A DNA stretch of 64,000 bases, from NCBI GenBank assembly GCA_964475005.1, contig CAYYUZ010000001.1, forward strand, positions 19,780 to 83,779, in the 5' to 3' direction. Shown piece after piece: positions 9,141-18,606 of this stretch (the first letter of the stretch is position 1; every line of letters starts with the position of its first letter). The notes below the pieces were generated by a model, which was not told the DNA's origin, did not search any database, and saw only the letters and a program-made list of their open reading frames with translations. Both the position numbers and the translations under genes were made by a program. This DNA comes from an uncultured Spirochaetales bacterium. GTDB lineage: Bacteria; Spirochaetota; Spirochaetia; JABEVK01.

Positions 9141-11435
9141 GTTCTGAGGGGAGTCGATTTCTGTGGTTTCCGGAGGAGAATGGACCCTGACGGGGGGGAG
9201 TTCCCCTAGCCATTTTTCAATCTCGACCAGAACCAGCTGTCCGATGCTCCCTTGAGCGATGTTGGAACTTCCCTCGTCAAGGGTCAGAACGTTCGGGTTT
9301 CCGTGGCGGCAAAGCTTCAGGGAGTCGTCAGGGTCGAACCAGGCCCCGGTCGACAACTGGGCGATCCCCGCCCGAAGCTCGTCGCTGACCAGCAACCCCG
9401 CCAGACACGCGCCGCGATCGTTGTACACCCTCACCACGTCGCCGTTCGTCAGACCTCGCTGGGTCGCGTCTGCGGCGTTGAGCCGAAGCGGCTCCCTCCC
9501 GGCGATTTTCGAGGCCGCGCTGACCACGCCGAAATCAAGCTGGCTATGCAGGCGGGTAGAAGGTTGGTTGGCCACGAGAAGGACTGGGTACAGACGCGCT
9601 CGCGGAGAGTCTAGGGCCTCGCTCCGGGACCGCCAGATCGGGTGGCCCGGTTGCGTTGGATCCTTCCAGCCGGCAATGGTTGGCGAGGTGATTTCGATGA
9701 GACCCGAGCCGGTGGGGAGGGGAGAACGCACGGGATCAGCCACAAAATCAGCCAGCCAGGTGCTCGCGGGCCGTGTCGGCAGGGCCAGCTGCCCGTCGCT
9801 CCAGAAGGTATCGAAGGAGGGAACCACAGCTCCGAGGTTCCTGAGACTTTCCTCCAGTTCCCTGTACAGCGTTCTGAGCCATTGGTCGACCGACAAGCCG
9901 CCTGTGAACGCCGACTCGAGTCCAAACCTGGCCGCCAACCCGGCGAAAATTTGGTGGTCATCTCGGGCTTGGCCGAAAGGTTGCACCGCCTGGTGCATGG
10001 CGATGAGCCTGTCGTCGTTTCGGGCCGCTCCCAGGTCGTTGCGTTCCAGCGAAATTGTGGCGGGGAAGACAATATCGGCGTGCCGGGCGGACGAGGTCCA
10101 GTAGGGGTCCTGCACGATGACGGTATCGGGGCGGGTCCAGGCTTGCCGAAGACGGTTGAGGTCTTGATGATGGTGGAAAGGGTTGCCCCCGGCCCAGTAA
10201 ACCAAGCGGATATCGGGGTAGACGTAGCGGCCGCCGTCGTAAGGAAAGCTCTCTCCCGGATGCAGGAGCAGGTCACTGATGCGCGCCACAGGGATGAAGT
10301 CGGCTACCGGATTGGTTCCTTGGGGAAACGAAGGCAGTCTGACGGCAAGGGGGAGCCGCCCCAAATTCCCGAGTGTTCCCAGGGCAAACGCGAAGCCCTC
10401 CGCAGGGCCAAAGCGGCCCAAGAACGCGGCGACAACGACGGCCAGCCAAATGGGTTGCTCGCCGTCTTGGGCCCTCTGCACCGAGTTGGTGACCGTCAGC
10501 ACAGTGCGGTGAGAGGCCATGGCCCGTGCCAATTCGACGATGGTGTCGGCGGGGATTTCGGTGATTGCGGCGGCCCACGAGGCCGACTTCGACTGGCCGT
10601 CGGACTCCCCGGTCAGATAAGCGGCAAATTCGTCGAACCCCACGGTGTAGCGGTCAACAAAGCCTCGGTTGACGAGTCCTTCTACCAGCAGGGTGTGAGC
10701 CAGCGCTAAGAGAAACGCTGTGTCCGTGTTGGGCCGGATAGCCAGCCATTCGGCCTCGGGAAGGTCGTCGTGGATGGGGCTGACCGAGACCATCCTGGCT
10801 CCTCTGCGAACCGCCGCTTCAATCGCCTTTCCGCCGCGATGCCGGGAGACCCCGCCTACTCCGACCATCTGAGTACGGCGCGGCATGCCGCCGAAAGCCA
10901 CCAACAACTCGGTTTGTTCGGCAATACCGTCCCAGGTCACCGTGTCGGCCGAAAGTTTGGACTCGGGGGCGATGATCCGCCTGAGAATGACTTCTGCCGC
11001 TGCTGAACTGTAGGTGTCACGCGAAAAGGTGTAACCGCCGATCAAGTTCAGAAAACGGTGGAGCTGGCTTTGCGTGTGATGGAATCGGCCCGCGCTGGCC
11101 CAGCCGTACGAGCCTCCGAAGATCGCGGGGTTTCCGTGGGTTGTTCTGACCCGCTCCAGTTCACCCGCCGCCAGGTCGAGAGCCCTGTCCCACTCCACCG
11201 GAACAAAGGGTTGTTTTCCCCGCCGATCGCTCGAACCCGGTCCCTGATCCAGCCATCCCTGACGGATCATCGGCTGGACAATTCTCGTTGCATGCGCCGG
11301 TGCGTCGCCCATACTGCCCAGGATGACCGACGGTTCGGGGTCCTCGGGATCGGCCACGGCCCTGAGGCGACCGGACGGTCCCGAGAAATCGACAGAAAAA
11401 CTGCCCCAATGGGCCGAGTGCGTGCGAGCCTTCAT
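9015..11435 (-). CDS. molybdopterin (bis-MGD) S-/N-oxide reductase, DMSO-reductase family, BisC/TorZ-like, cytoplasmic
   Basis: 806 aa with N-terminal SAHWGSF (BisC-type start). No twin-arginine signal and no N-terminal Cys4 cluster. Mo-bisPGD family blocks throughout. The C-terminal about 55 aa are low-complexity and overlap convergent ecfT by 126 nt. Confidence 0.8.
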   Translation of the reverse strand: MKARTHSAHWGSFSVDFSGPSGRLRAVADPEDPEPSVILGSMGDAPAHATRIVQPMIRQGWLDQGPGSSDRRGKQPFVPVEWDRALDLAAGELERVRTTHGNPAIFGGSYGWASAGRFHHTQSQLHRFLNLIGGYTFSRDTYSSAAAEVILRRIIAPESKLSADTVTWDGIAEQTELLVAFGGMPRRTQMVGVGGVSRHRGGKAIEAAVRRGARMVSVSPIHDDLPEAEWLAIRPNTDTAFLLALAHTLLVEGLVNRGFVDRYTVGFDEFAAYLTGESDGQSKSASWAAAITEIPADTIVELARAMASHRTVLTVTNSVQRAQDGEQPIWLAVVVAAFLGRFGPAEGFAFALGTLGNLGRLPLAVRLPSFPQGTNPVADFIPVARISDLLLHPGESFPYDGGRYVYPDIRLVYWAGGNPFHHHQDLNRLRQAWTRPDTVIVQDPYWTSSARHADIVFPATISLERNDLGAARNDDRLIAMHQAVQPFGQARDDHQIFAGLAARFGLESAFTGGLSVDQWLRTLYRELEESLRNLGAVVPSFDTFWSDGQLALPTRPASTWLADFVADPVRSPLPTGSGLIEITSPTIAGWKDPTQPGHPIWRSRSEALDSPRARLYPVLLVANQPSTRLHSQLDFGVVSAASKIAGREPLRLNAADATQRGLTNGDVVRVYNDRGACLAGLLVSDELRAGIAQLSTGAWFDPDDSLKLCRHGNPNVLTLDEGSSNIAQGSIGQLVLVEIEKWLGELPPVRVHSPPETTEIDSPQNSKKPWRNPESAYVGVEPDSQAQGDKLTDSDDTDDPIDGAEM

Positions 11436-11483
11436 CTTTGGTATCCTATCACCCGAAGGCGGTCCGAGGCCTGAGTTCGGTCC

Positions 11484-12008
11484 TCAGGTATACTGCCGCA
11501 GGTATTCTTGGTCACTGATCAGGTTGCGGTTGCTTTCGACGCGATCGAGGAACACCAGGCCGTCGAGGTGGTCCAGTTCGTGTTGGAAGATCCGGGCAGG
11601 AAAGCCCTCGAGATCCAGAATGAGACTCTCACCGCTCACCGTCAGGTAGCGGACTTTCAAGCTCACGGCACGGGGAACCAGACCCCGAATTCCAGGGATG
11701 CTCAGGCACCCCTCCCACCCCTCTTCCTTTTTTTCCGAAATCCAAACGACCTCGGGATTGACGAGAACCAAGGGTTCCATCAACGGGGCGTGGGGATAGC
11801 GGGAGTTGGGTCGGGACGCAACGACGATGACTCGAAGGGGAACGTAGACTTGCACAGCGGCGATACCGACTCCGCCGGAAGCTTCGAGGGTGACCAGAAG
11901 GTCCTCGGCAAGCGCCGAGAGGGCAGGGTCGGTAAAATCTCGAACCGGAGAGGCCGTTTCTCGAAGCACTGGGTGGCCCAGTTGGGCGATCTGTCTGAGG
12001 ATGGGCAT
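11484..12008 (-). CDS. def: peptide deformylase
   Basis: GCLSIPG, QHELDHLDG (HExxH) motifs. GGAGG RBS before ATG at 12008; the listed longer ORF is an N-terminal artefact. Confidence 0.9.
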   Translation of the reverse strand: MPILRQIAQLGHPVLRETASPVRDFTDPALSALAEDLLVTLEASGGVGIAAVQVYVPLRVIVVASRPNSRYPHAPLMEPLVLVNPEVVWISEKKEEGWEGCLSIPGIRGLVPRAVSLKVRYLTVSGESLILDLEGFPARIFQHELDHLDGLVFLDRVESNRNLISDQEYLRQYT

Positions 12009-12048
12009 GCGAACCTCCACGCATTGTTGATTCTGGGCTACGAGCAGA

Positions 12049-13308
12049 CTACCCTTCGTACTCGATGATGTGGAGACCCGCGTTGTAGTCGGTGCAATAC
12101 AGCAAACCGTTCTTGTCGGCGAACACATCGGCTAGTTGAATCACCGGGGGTCGCCCGGGTCGCCTGTCGACCATTTTGGTGGGAGCCGCGGGAACCAGGG
12201 CTCCTGTTTCGACAGGGTGGAAGGGGTCGGAAAGGTCAAAAGCCCGCACTCCGGCGTTCTGCCAGGTGGCGAAGACGATCCTGTCGCTTTGCCAGCTTCC
12301 GGGCCGGTTCTCGTGCAAGTTGTGCGGTCCAAAATGACCGCCCTTGGTCGCATAGTTGGCTTCCCGTGGCTGGGGAAAGGTCGCTATGGAAATCGGGTTG
12401 GCTGGCTCCCTGATATCAAAGACCCAAGTGTGCTTCTCTCCGTCCTCCTGGTTGTCGAGCACAGCCTCGTCGAGGACGATAAGAAGGTTTCGATCAGGGA
12501 GAGGGAGGGCCGTGTGCGTGCCACCGCCGAACGGCGGCGACCAGTTGTTGTGCGAAATCAGCGTCGGAAGTTCCCGGTCGTTCAAACTCAGAAGCGTCAA
12601 GCCGCCGTCACGCCAACTGGCGTAGGCCGTATCGCCGTGCACGATGGCATGGTGAAGGGCAAAGCGCTTTCCCTCGGGATGGTTGGAAACCTCGCCGCCG
12701 GCCTTGTGCATGCCAGGGAGCCACCACCGGCCCGAGGCTCGGGGCTTGGCGGGGTCGGCCAAGTCGACCACCAGGAAGATGTAGTCGGTGAAGCCGTCCA
12801 GGAGCGCGGAAACGTAGGCCCAGCGGCCGCCCACGTACCAGACGCGGTGGACACCGACTCCTTCGAGAGGAAGAAAGCCCACGGGCCGAGGTTCGGTGGG
12901 CTTCGACAGGTCGTAAATTCCCAAACCGGCGCTCCAGGGTCTGTCGGCGGTCGGACCTCCGGCGGTTCCCGAGGTCTCTCCCACCGACTTGGTGTAGTAG
13001 ACGCGCTCGTCCTGCGAGAAGCTGACATCGGCAAACAGGTCGCGGGCGTGGATCACCAACAGAAGGTTTTCGTGGGTCTGAAGGTGGATGTGCCAGGTAT
13101 TCTTGGGGGCCGGAATGAAGGTCGTGGAACCGGGATTTCTCGGGTCGCGGACGTCCACGATGGAGTAACCCCCCGACCAAGGCTGACCGATGTACGCAAA
13201 ACCACGGTGGACCATGATTTGGAGTCCGTCGCCGCGTCCGCCCTGCTCGCTGTGACCGATGAGTTTCATGTTGCGAGCAAAGTCAGGTTTGGGCAACGGG
13301 CGGCTCAT
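12049..13308 (-). CDS. LVIVD-repeat beta-propeller protein
   Basis: Repeated LLLVIHARD / IFLVVDLAD / LLIVLDEA / LLYCTDYNAGL units typical of LVIVD repeats. AGGAG RBS before ATG 13308. Confidence 0.6.
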   Translation of the reverse strand: MSRPLPKPDFARNMKLIGHSEQGGRGDGLQIMVHRGFAYIGQPWSGGYSIVDVRDPRNPGSTTFIPAPKNTWHIHLQTHENLLLVIHARDLFADVSFSQDERVYYTKSVGETSGTAGGPTADRPWSAGLGIYDLSKPTEPRPVGFLPLEGVGVHRVWYVGGRWAYVSALLDGFTDYIFLVVDLADPAKPRASGRWWLPGMHKAGGEVSNHPEGKRFALHHAIVHGDTAYASWRDGGLTLLSLNDRELPTLISHNNWSPPFGGGTHTALPLPDRNLLIVLDEAVLDNQEDGEKHTWVFDIREPANPISIATFPQPREANYATKGGHFGPHNLHENRPGSWQSDRIVFATWQNAGVRAFDLSDPFHPVETGALVPAAPTKMVDRRPGRPPVIQLADVFADKNGLLYCTDYNAGLHIIEYEG

Positions 13309-13316
13309 GGGGACTC

Positions 13317-13437
13317 CTGAAAAAGGTGAGGAATTCTCACACGGAGATCGTCGAAGGTTCACAGGGGGCGTTGCGGGGGTTACCCCCGCTCGGGGGGTGG
13401 GGCGGTACCAAGTACCGCCCCAGGGGGGTCGCCCCCC
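13317..13437 (-). terminator. cluster of GC-rich hairpins downstream of the 13447..14496 gene (terminator-like)
   Basis: ggggcggtac-caa-gtaccgcccc (13399-13421, 10-bp stem), gggggttaccccc (13375-13387), ggggggtcgcccccc (13423-13437), and gtgag-gaatt-ctcac (13326-13340) followed on the minus strand by CTTTTT. Confidence 0.5.
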
Positions 13438-13446
13438 TCCGAATTG

Positions 13447-14496
13447 TTAGGACTTGCTCTTTGCTTTCAATGTCGCGAACCAGGGGCTGGTGAGGTCGTC
13501 GCTCTGTCCCCAACCGGGGATAATGTCGGCCAGGCCGAGCACGTTGACCGGCTTGCCAGCCTTGTCCAGGTCGACCTTCTTGATGAGGTTGGCCTTGAAC
13601 TCGTAGCTGTCAGGGGTCGTTTCCCCAGCGATCTTCTTGGCAACGACGCGCAGGTTGATCTTGCCGATGAGTTTGGGGTCAACCGCGGCCGTCAGAAGCC
13701 AGGGGCTGTCTTTCTCTTGGATGAGCTGAAGGTCTTGGTTCGAAACGTCGATGGAGTAGACCTTGATCTCGGTGCGACCGTTTTCCTTGAGCGCCTTGTA
13801 GGCGCCCTGGGTAAAGGCGTCCCAGCTGCCCCAGATGGCGTCGATCTGGCCCTTGGGGTACTTGGCCAAAATGGCGCTGACCTTGTTGGCCGTGTCGCCG
13901 GGAACGTCGGAGCTGACGGCGCCGATGCTGGCCAGTTCCTTGATACCGGGGTTGTCGGCCAAGACCTTCTTGTAGACGGTCTGGCGGCGTTCCATCGGGG
14001 GGAACCCGGCTACCCAAAGTTTGACGATGTTGGCTTTGCCTTTGAAGTCGGCGACCAGGGCTCCCAGCGATTGTTCAGCCAGCGATTCGTCGGCCTGGCT
14101 GGTGACGGTCGCTCCGGCGATCTTACCGTTGACGGCGGTGTCGAACGCCGAAACCGCGATGCCGGCCGCGGTGATCTTCTTGACCAGTTCGGTGGAGTAA
14201 GGGTCGCGCCCTTGGCTGAGGATGATCCCATCATACTTCTGGGTAATAGCCTGGTTCACAAAGTCTTGGAACTTGGCGTCATCACCATTGGTCAGGAAGA
14301 CATCGACTTGGAAGCCCAGGGCCTTGCCCTCCTCTTTGACTCCCCCGACGAACTGCGTGGTGTTGTCATCGGACCCCAGGTTGCGGATGACAGCGACCTT
14401 CACAGGTCCTTTGTGCTTGGCAATTTTGTCGGGAACGGATTGAGCGAAGGTGGTCGCGGCGACGATCACCAGAAGGACGGAAAAGAAGCGTTTCAT
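13447..14496 (-). CDS. ABC transporter periplasmic substrate-binding protein (sugar/RbsB-LsrB-like PBP family), orphan
   Basis: Signal peptide MKRFFSVLLVIVAATTFAQS, type-I PBP fold. No adjacent permease or ATPase. GGAGG RBS before ATG 14496. Confidence 0.65.
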   Translation of the reverse strand: MKRFFSVLLVIVAATTFAQSVPDKIAKHKGPVKVAVIRNLGSDDNTTQFVGGVKEEGKALGFQVDVFLTNGDDAKFQDFVNQAITQKYDGIILSQGRDPYSTELVKKITAAGIAVSAFDTAVNGKIAGATVTSQADESLAEQSLGALVADFKGKANIVKLWVAGFPPMERRQTVYKKVLADNPGIKELASIGAVSSDVPGDTANKVSAILAKYPKGQIDAIWGSWDAFTQGAYKALKENGRTEIKVYSIDVSNQDLQLIQEKDSPWLLTAAVDPKLIGKINLRVVAKKIAGETTPDSYEFKANLIKKVDLDKAGKPVNVLGLADIIPGWGQSDDLTSPWFATLKAKSKS

Positions 14497-14622
14497 GGAA
14501 ACCTCCACGGGTGTGAAAACTTTACTCTACTGAGTTGATCGAGTTATATAACATGAAAAATATCATGTCAAGTTGAATAGTCGTGAATTGACAAGAGCCC
14601 TCAAAAGAGCGATCATGTCACC

Positions 14623-15072
14623 ATGAGTAACGTGGTGTTTCACCGAGCCCTAACGGGACAGCGTTGGGACGGCGTGGAGGTACTGGCCTACAAAGAGGCC
14701 GGGACGACCTTCCAGTCCGTGACTAGGCAAGTCCTGTTCGAGGGCGATCCGGCCCTTTGTGTCCAACTCAGATACTTCGAGGTGGGACCCGGCGGTCACA
14801 CGACGCTCGAACGCCACCAGCATGTTCATTTGGTATGGATAAGCCGTGGAAGAGGGAGGGTCTACGTGGGCGGAGAATTCTTCGAGCTTGCCAAGGGAGA
14901 TGTGCTTTCCATTCCAACGCTGACCTGGCATCAATTTCGGGCACCGCTGAATTCCCCCCTAGGGTTTCACTGTCTGGTGGCAGCCGACCGTGACAAACCC
15001 TCGCTACCCAGCGATCAGGACTGGCGGGAGTTGACACAGAGCCGGGAGGCTGCCGCCTTTCTAAGGAGATGA
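14623..15072 (+). CDS. cupin-domain protein
   Basis: Cupin motif region (GGHTTLERHQHVHLVWISRGRGRVYVGGE) with two His-containing beta-barrel motifs. Confidence 0.6.
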   Translation: MSNVVFHRALTGQRWDGVEVLAYKEAGTTFQSVTRQVLFEGDPALCVQLRYFEVGPGGHTTLERHQHVHLVWISRGRGRVYVGGEFFELAKGDVLSIPTLTWHQFRAPLNSPLGFHCLVAADRDKPSLPSDQDWRELTQSREAAAFLRR

Positions 15073-15074
15073 CC

Positions 15075-15254
15075 ATGTTACCCCCCGTGACGGTTTCGGT
15101 TCGGATTCCCGGGGCGCTCTGGCGCCGGTGGATTCGCGTCGAGCCCAAAGTCGGCATTGACCTGCAGTCGCTGATTCCCGCCCTGCTCGAGCTCTATCTG
15201 GACCGGGAAGAGCGAAGCCGCGATGGACTGACCGGTATCGAGTATCAAATATGA
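15075..15254 (+). CDS. small hypothetical protein (59 aa)
   Basis: AAGGAG RBS 7 nt upstream of ATG 15075. Start overlaps the cupin stop; conserved operon position immediately before metY. Confidence 0.35.
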   Translation: MLPPVTVSVRIPGALWRRWIRVEPKVGIDLQSLIPALLELYLDREERSRDGLTGIEYQI

Positions 15255-15264
15255 GGAGTCGTTC

Positions 15265-16563
15265 TTGAGCGAGCCCAAGAATTTCGGTTTTGAGACGAGA
15301 ATGGTCCATGCCGGGCACGTTCCCGACACCCAGCACGGATCGAGGGCGGTTCCGATTCACCAGACCTCGTCGTTTGTTTTTTTTGACGCCGACCACGCCG
15401 CCGAGCTGTTTGACCTCAAGCAGTATGGGCACATCTACAGCCGGATCAGCAACCCGACGGTTGCCGTGCTCGAAGAACGAGCCGCCAGCCTGGAAGGGGC
15501 TACCGGCGCCGTGGCGTTCGCCAGCGGCATGGCGGCGCAACTCGGGGCGTTCCTGACGTTGTTGGAAGCCGGGGATGAAGTTGTCGCCTCCAGTCATCTT
15601 TACGGCGGTACGACCACGCAGTTCACCTACACGTTGAAGCGAACCGGCAACCCGGTGACTTTCGTCGACCCGAACGACCTCGATGCCTGGGAGAAGGCGA
15701 TCACGCCGAAAACCAAAGCCCTCTACGGCGAGACGATCGGCAACCCCCAAGGATCCATTCTCGACTTGGAACGTTTGGCAGCGCTGGCCGCCTCGAAGCG
15801 AATTCCTCTCATCATTGACAACACCCTGGCCACCCCTTGGCTCTGTCGACCCATGGATTGGGGAGCCACCTTGGTCACCCATTCGGCGACGAAGTTTTTG
15901 GGGGGGCATGGGAATTCCTTGGGGGGTCTGCTTTTGGACTCCGGCAAGTTCGATTTCGGCCGCTTCCCGAGCATCGCCGAAGCCTCGCCGCAGTACCACA
16001 ACCTGAAGTTCTTCGACACCTTTGGCCATTACGGCTTCCTGATGAAAGCCCGAGCCGCCACCCTGCGCGATACCGGGGCCGCGCTTTCCCCGACCAACGC
16101 GTTCCTTTTGATTCAAGGCTTGGAAACCCTTTCGCTGAGGATGGAGCGCCATGTTTCCAATGCTCAAGCCGTGGCCCGGTTCCTTGAGGGCCACTCTCGG
16201 GTCGACTGGGTGGCCTATGCCGGTCTGCCCAGTCATCCGCACCATGAACGCGCCAAAAAGTACCTTCCCAAAGGCCCGGGCGCCGTACTGAGTTTCGGAA
16301 TCAAACCGCGCCCTGGGCAAACGGCCCGAGAAGCGGGCAAGGAGTTTATCGGCAGGCTGCAGCTGTTCAGCCACCTGGCCAACATTGGCGACGTGCGCAG
16401 CCTGGTGATTCACCCGGCCTCGACCACCCACGCTCAGCTGAGCGATGAAGAGCTGCGGGCCTCGGGCGTTGGCCCCGAACTCATCCGGCTTTCGGTCGGT
16501 ATCGAAACCTTGGAGGATATCTTATGGGATCTGGACCGGGCCTTTCTTGCGCCATCAACCTGA
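15265..16563 (+). CDS. metY: O-acetylhomoserine sulfhydrylase (aminocarboxypropyltransferase), Cys/Met-metabolism PLP family
   Basis: 432 aa MetY-length protein. PLP-lysine motif SATKFLGGHG, VHAGH..., NPT... blocks. Paralog 1 of 3. Confidence 0.85.
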   Translation: MSEPKNFGFETRMVHAGHVPDTQHGSRAVPIHQTSSFVFFDADHAAELFDLKQYGHIYSRISNPTVAVLEERAASLEGATGAVAFASGMAAQLGAFLTLLEAGDEVVASSHLYGGTTTQFTYTLKRTGNPVTFVDPNDLDAWEKAITPKTKALYGETIGNPQGSILDLERLAALAASKRIPLIIDNTLATPWLCRPMDWGATLVTHSATKFLGGHGNSLGGLLLDSGKFDFGRFPSIAEASPQYHNLKFFDTFGHYGFLMKARAATLRDTGAALSPTNAFLLIQGLETLSLRMERHVSNAQAVARFLEGHSRVDWVAYAGLPSHPHHERAKKYLPKGPGAVLSFGIKPRPGQTAREAGKEFIGRLQLFSHLANIGDVRSLVIHPASTTHAQLSDEELRASGVGPELIRLSVGIETLEDILWDLDRAFLAPST

Positions 16564-17063
16564 ACACCAAACTGACCGCTGAACAAAAGCAGCTCTACCA
16601 GGACCCCGAGGCGATCCGAACGATTTTGAACACCTACCGGCGAATTGCCATTGTTGGCCTGTCCACCGACCGGCAGAAGGCGAGTTACTTCGTGGCCTCG
16701 TACCTGAAAGCCGCAGGCTGGGAAGTGGTCCCCGTCAACCCCAAGGCCGACGAGATCCTAGGCTTGAAGGCCTACCCCGATTTGAAATCCATCCCGGGGA
16801 AGGTGGATCTTGTGGACATCTTCCGGCCTGCCGCCGACGTCGGGCCCCTGGTCGAGGACGCCATCGCCATTGGAGCCAAGGCCGTCTGGCAGCAGTTGAG
16901 GATCATCAATCTCGAGGCTGCACAAGCCGCTCGAATGGCCGGGTTGCTGAGCGTCGTCGACCTTTGCCTGAAGATGGAACACGGTCGCTACGGCGGAGGT
17001 TTGCACGAAGCGGGAATGAATACAGAGCTCGTGACGGCCCGCCGGGAACATCGTTTTCTGTAG
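16524..17063 (+). CDS. CoA-binding domain protein (YccU/YneT-like)
   Basis: IAIVGLS...GWEVVPVNPK CoA-binding Rossmann motif. GGAGGA RBS 6 nt before ATG 16524, overlapping metY end by 40 nt. Confidence 0.7.
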   Translation: MGSGPGLSCAINLNTKLTAEQKQLYQDPEAIRTILNTYRRIAIVGLSTDRQKASYFVASYLKAAGWEVVPVNPKADEILGLKAYPDLKSIPGKVDLVDIFRPAADVGPLVEDAIAIGAKAVWQQLRIINLEAAQAARMAGLLSVVDLCLKMEHGRYGGGLHEAGMNTELVTARREHRFL

Positions 17064-17101
17064 TCCTTGTCTCACGGGCGGTTTGACGTTACAGTTCTTG
17101 T

Positions 17102-17533
17102 GTGAAGCTTTCCACAAGATCCCTCTACGGCCTGCGCCTTTTGTACCAAGTGGCTCGAAACTACGACAATGGCCCACTCCAACTCAAGGAAGTGGCGACA
17201 CGCGAATCGATTTCCGAAAAGTACTTGGGGCAGATCGTCCTGTTGTTGCGTTCTTCGGGAATCCTGGTGTCGGTTCGTGGGAATCAGGGCGGCTATCTTT
17301 TAGCACGCAAACCCTCCAGCATCACCGTTCTCCAGGTGGTCGAGGTTCTTGAGGGAGATTTCCTGGAGAGGCTCGATGACGATTCTCCCATCACCGATCC
17401 CAGCCAGGCCGCGACGCGAGAGGTCTGGCGGCGGCTCGGCCGTTCGGTCCGCGACGTGCTCGGCGCGATCACCCTCGAGGACCTTCTGAGCCTCCCCCAA
17501 AACGACGCCAGTTTTCTCGACTTCGCTATCTAG
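17102..17533 (+). CDS. Rrf2-family transcriptional regulator (IscR/CymR-like)
   Basis: N-terminal MKLSTRSLYGLRLL...LKEVA...ISEKYLGQIV wHTH typical of Rrf2. No C-terminal 3-Cys cluster is evident (CymR-like, not IscR-like). Confidence 0.8.
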   Translation: MKLSTRSLYGLRLLYQVARNYDNGPLQLKEVATRESISEKYLGQIVLLLRSSGILVSVRGNQGGYLLARKPSSITVLQVVEVLEGDFLERLDDDSPITDPSQAATREVWRRLGRSVRDVLGAITLEDLLSLPQNDASFLDFAI

Positions 17534-17566
17534 AACGCCCTCGATCTTTCACTTGATCCCAAGAGA

Positions 17567-17730
17567 AGAAGAGAGACCGGATAACCGGAAGTCAATTCAA
17601 ATTGACCGGATCAGAAGAGTCGAGGCAAGAGCCAGAAATTCAAGCAGAACTTCTCAACGCTTCGCCGTCTGACTTGACCACCTTTCTCGAAATCCGGTTG
17701 ATCCGGCCCATCCTGTTATCCGGTCTCTTC
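17567..17730. repeat. MITE-like inverted-repeat element, copy A (about 165 bp)
   Basis: Left end GAGAGACCGGATAACCGGA (17571-17589) and right end GTTATCCGGTCTC (17715-17727) are reverse complements. Internal CCGGAT/ATCCGG hexamer repeats (TTGACCGGATCAGAAGAG ... ATCCGGTTGATCCGGCC). Second copy with identical ends at 30964-31120. Confidence 0.7.
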
Positions 17731-18606
17731 CTAAATCCGCGCTGCCGGGGAGGCCGAAATCCCCGTCTCCATGGCAACCAGCACGTCGGCCCATTTGGCG
17801 GCCCAGTCCCGAAGCTCCTTCGATTCCAGCGGCGCCGGAATTTTCGATTCCGTGTGACTGGCAATTTTGTTCGCCAGGTTGAAATACACTTGGGCCTGGG
17901 GAGATTCCGGGTAGGCCTCAATGGTCGTCTTGCCCTGCAGTTCGGCCTGGGTGACGGTGACCGATCTAGGAACGTACTCCACCACCTGGGTCTGGGTCTT
18001 TTGCACGAAGTCGTCGATAATGTCGCGCGGGTAGCCCGGCGCCATCGAGTTGGCAATGACGCCGCCCAACAGTGCGCCTCCGGACCGAGAGTATTTGTGG
18101 ATACCCTTGAACAGGTTGTTGGCGGCGTAGATGGCCATGAAATCGGCCGACGAGACTGTGAAGACGTGCTCAGCGATTCCTTCTCGGATAGGCACCGCGA
18201 AGCCTCCGCACACGACGTCACCAAGAACGTCGTAGATCACGACGTCGAGGTCGAGGTCCTCGAACACCTTCTGTTGTTTGAACAGCTGAACGCTGGTGAT
18301 GATTCCTCGTCCCGCGCAGCCCACACCAGGTGCCGGTCCGCCGGCCTCGACGCAGTACACGCCGCCGAAACCTTCGAAGATCACGGAGCGGGCTTTCAGG
18401 TGGGCGTTCTCCTGTAGGGAATCAAGAATGGTGGGAATGTAGTCGCCGCCGCGAAGGGTGTTTGTCGAGTCGGCCTTCGGGTCGCAGCCGAACTGCATGA
18501 CTTTGTAGCCGAGTTTGGCCAGCGCGGCGCTGAGGTTGCTCGTCGTCGTGGACTTGCCGATGCCGCCCTTTCCGTAGATGGCGATTTGCTGAATTTTCTT
18601 AGACAC
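17731..18606 (-). CDS. nitrogenase-like reductase Fe protein, NifH/BchL/CfbC/MarH family (MarH-like)
   Basis: Walker [15 protein letters not shown]. Both [4Fe-4S] ligand cysteines in canonical context ([19 protein letters not shown]; [14 protein letters not shown]). GGAG RBS 8 nt before GTG 18606; start overlaps the nifX-like stop by 8 nt (GTGTCTAA). Confidence 0.85.
   Translation of the reverse strand: MSKKIQQIAIYGKGGIGKSTTTSNLSAALAKLGYKVMQFGCDPKADSTNTLRGGDYIPTILDSLQENAHLKARSVIFEGFGGVYCVEAGGPAPGVGCAGRGIITSVQLFKQQKVFEDLDLDVVIYDVLGDVVCGGFAVPIREGIAEHVFTVSSADFMAIYAANNLFKGIHKYSRSGGALLGGVIANSMAPGYPRDIIDDFVQKTQTQVVEYVPRSVTVTQAELQGKTTIEAYPESPQAQVYFNLANKIASHTESKIPAPLESKELRDWAAKWADVLVAMETGISASPAARI

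Noticed and set aside
17602-18417. Plus-strand ORFs (17602..18417 and neighbours) antisense to the nifH-like gene
   Set aside because: Arg/Gly-rich nonsense typical of shadow frames in high-GC DNA. The minus-strand product has complete NifH motifs.
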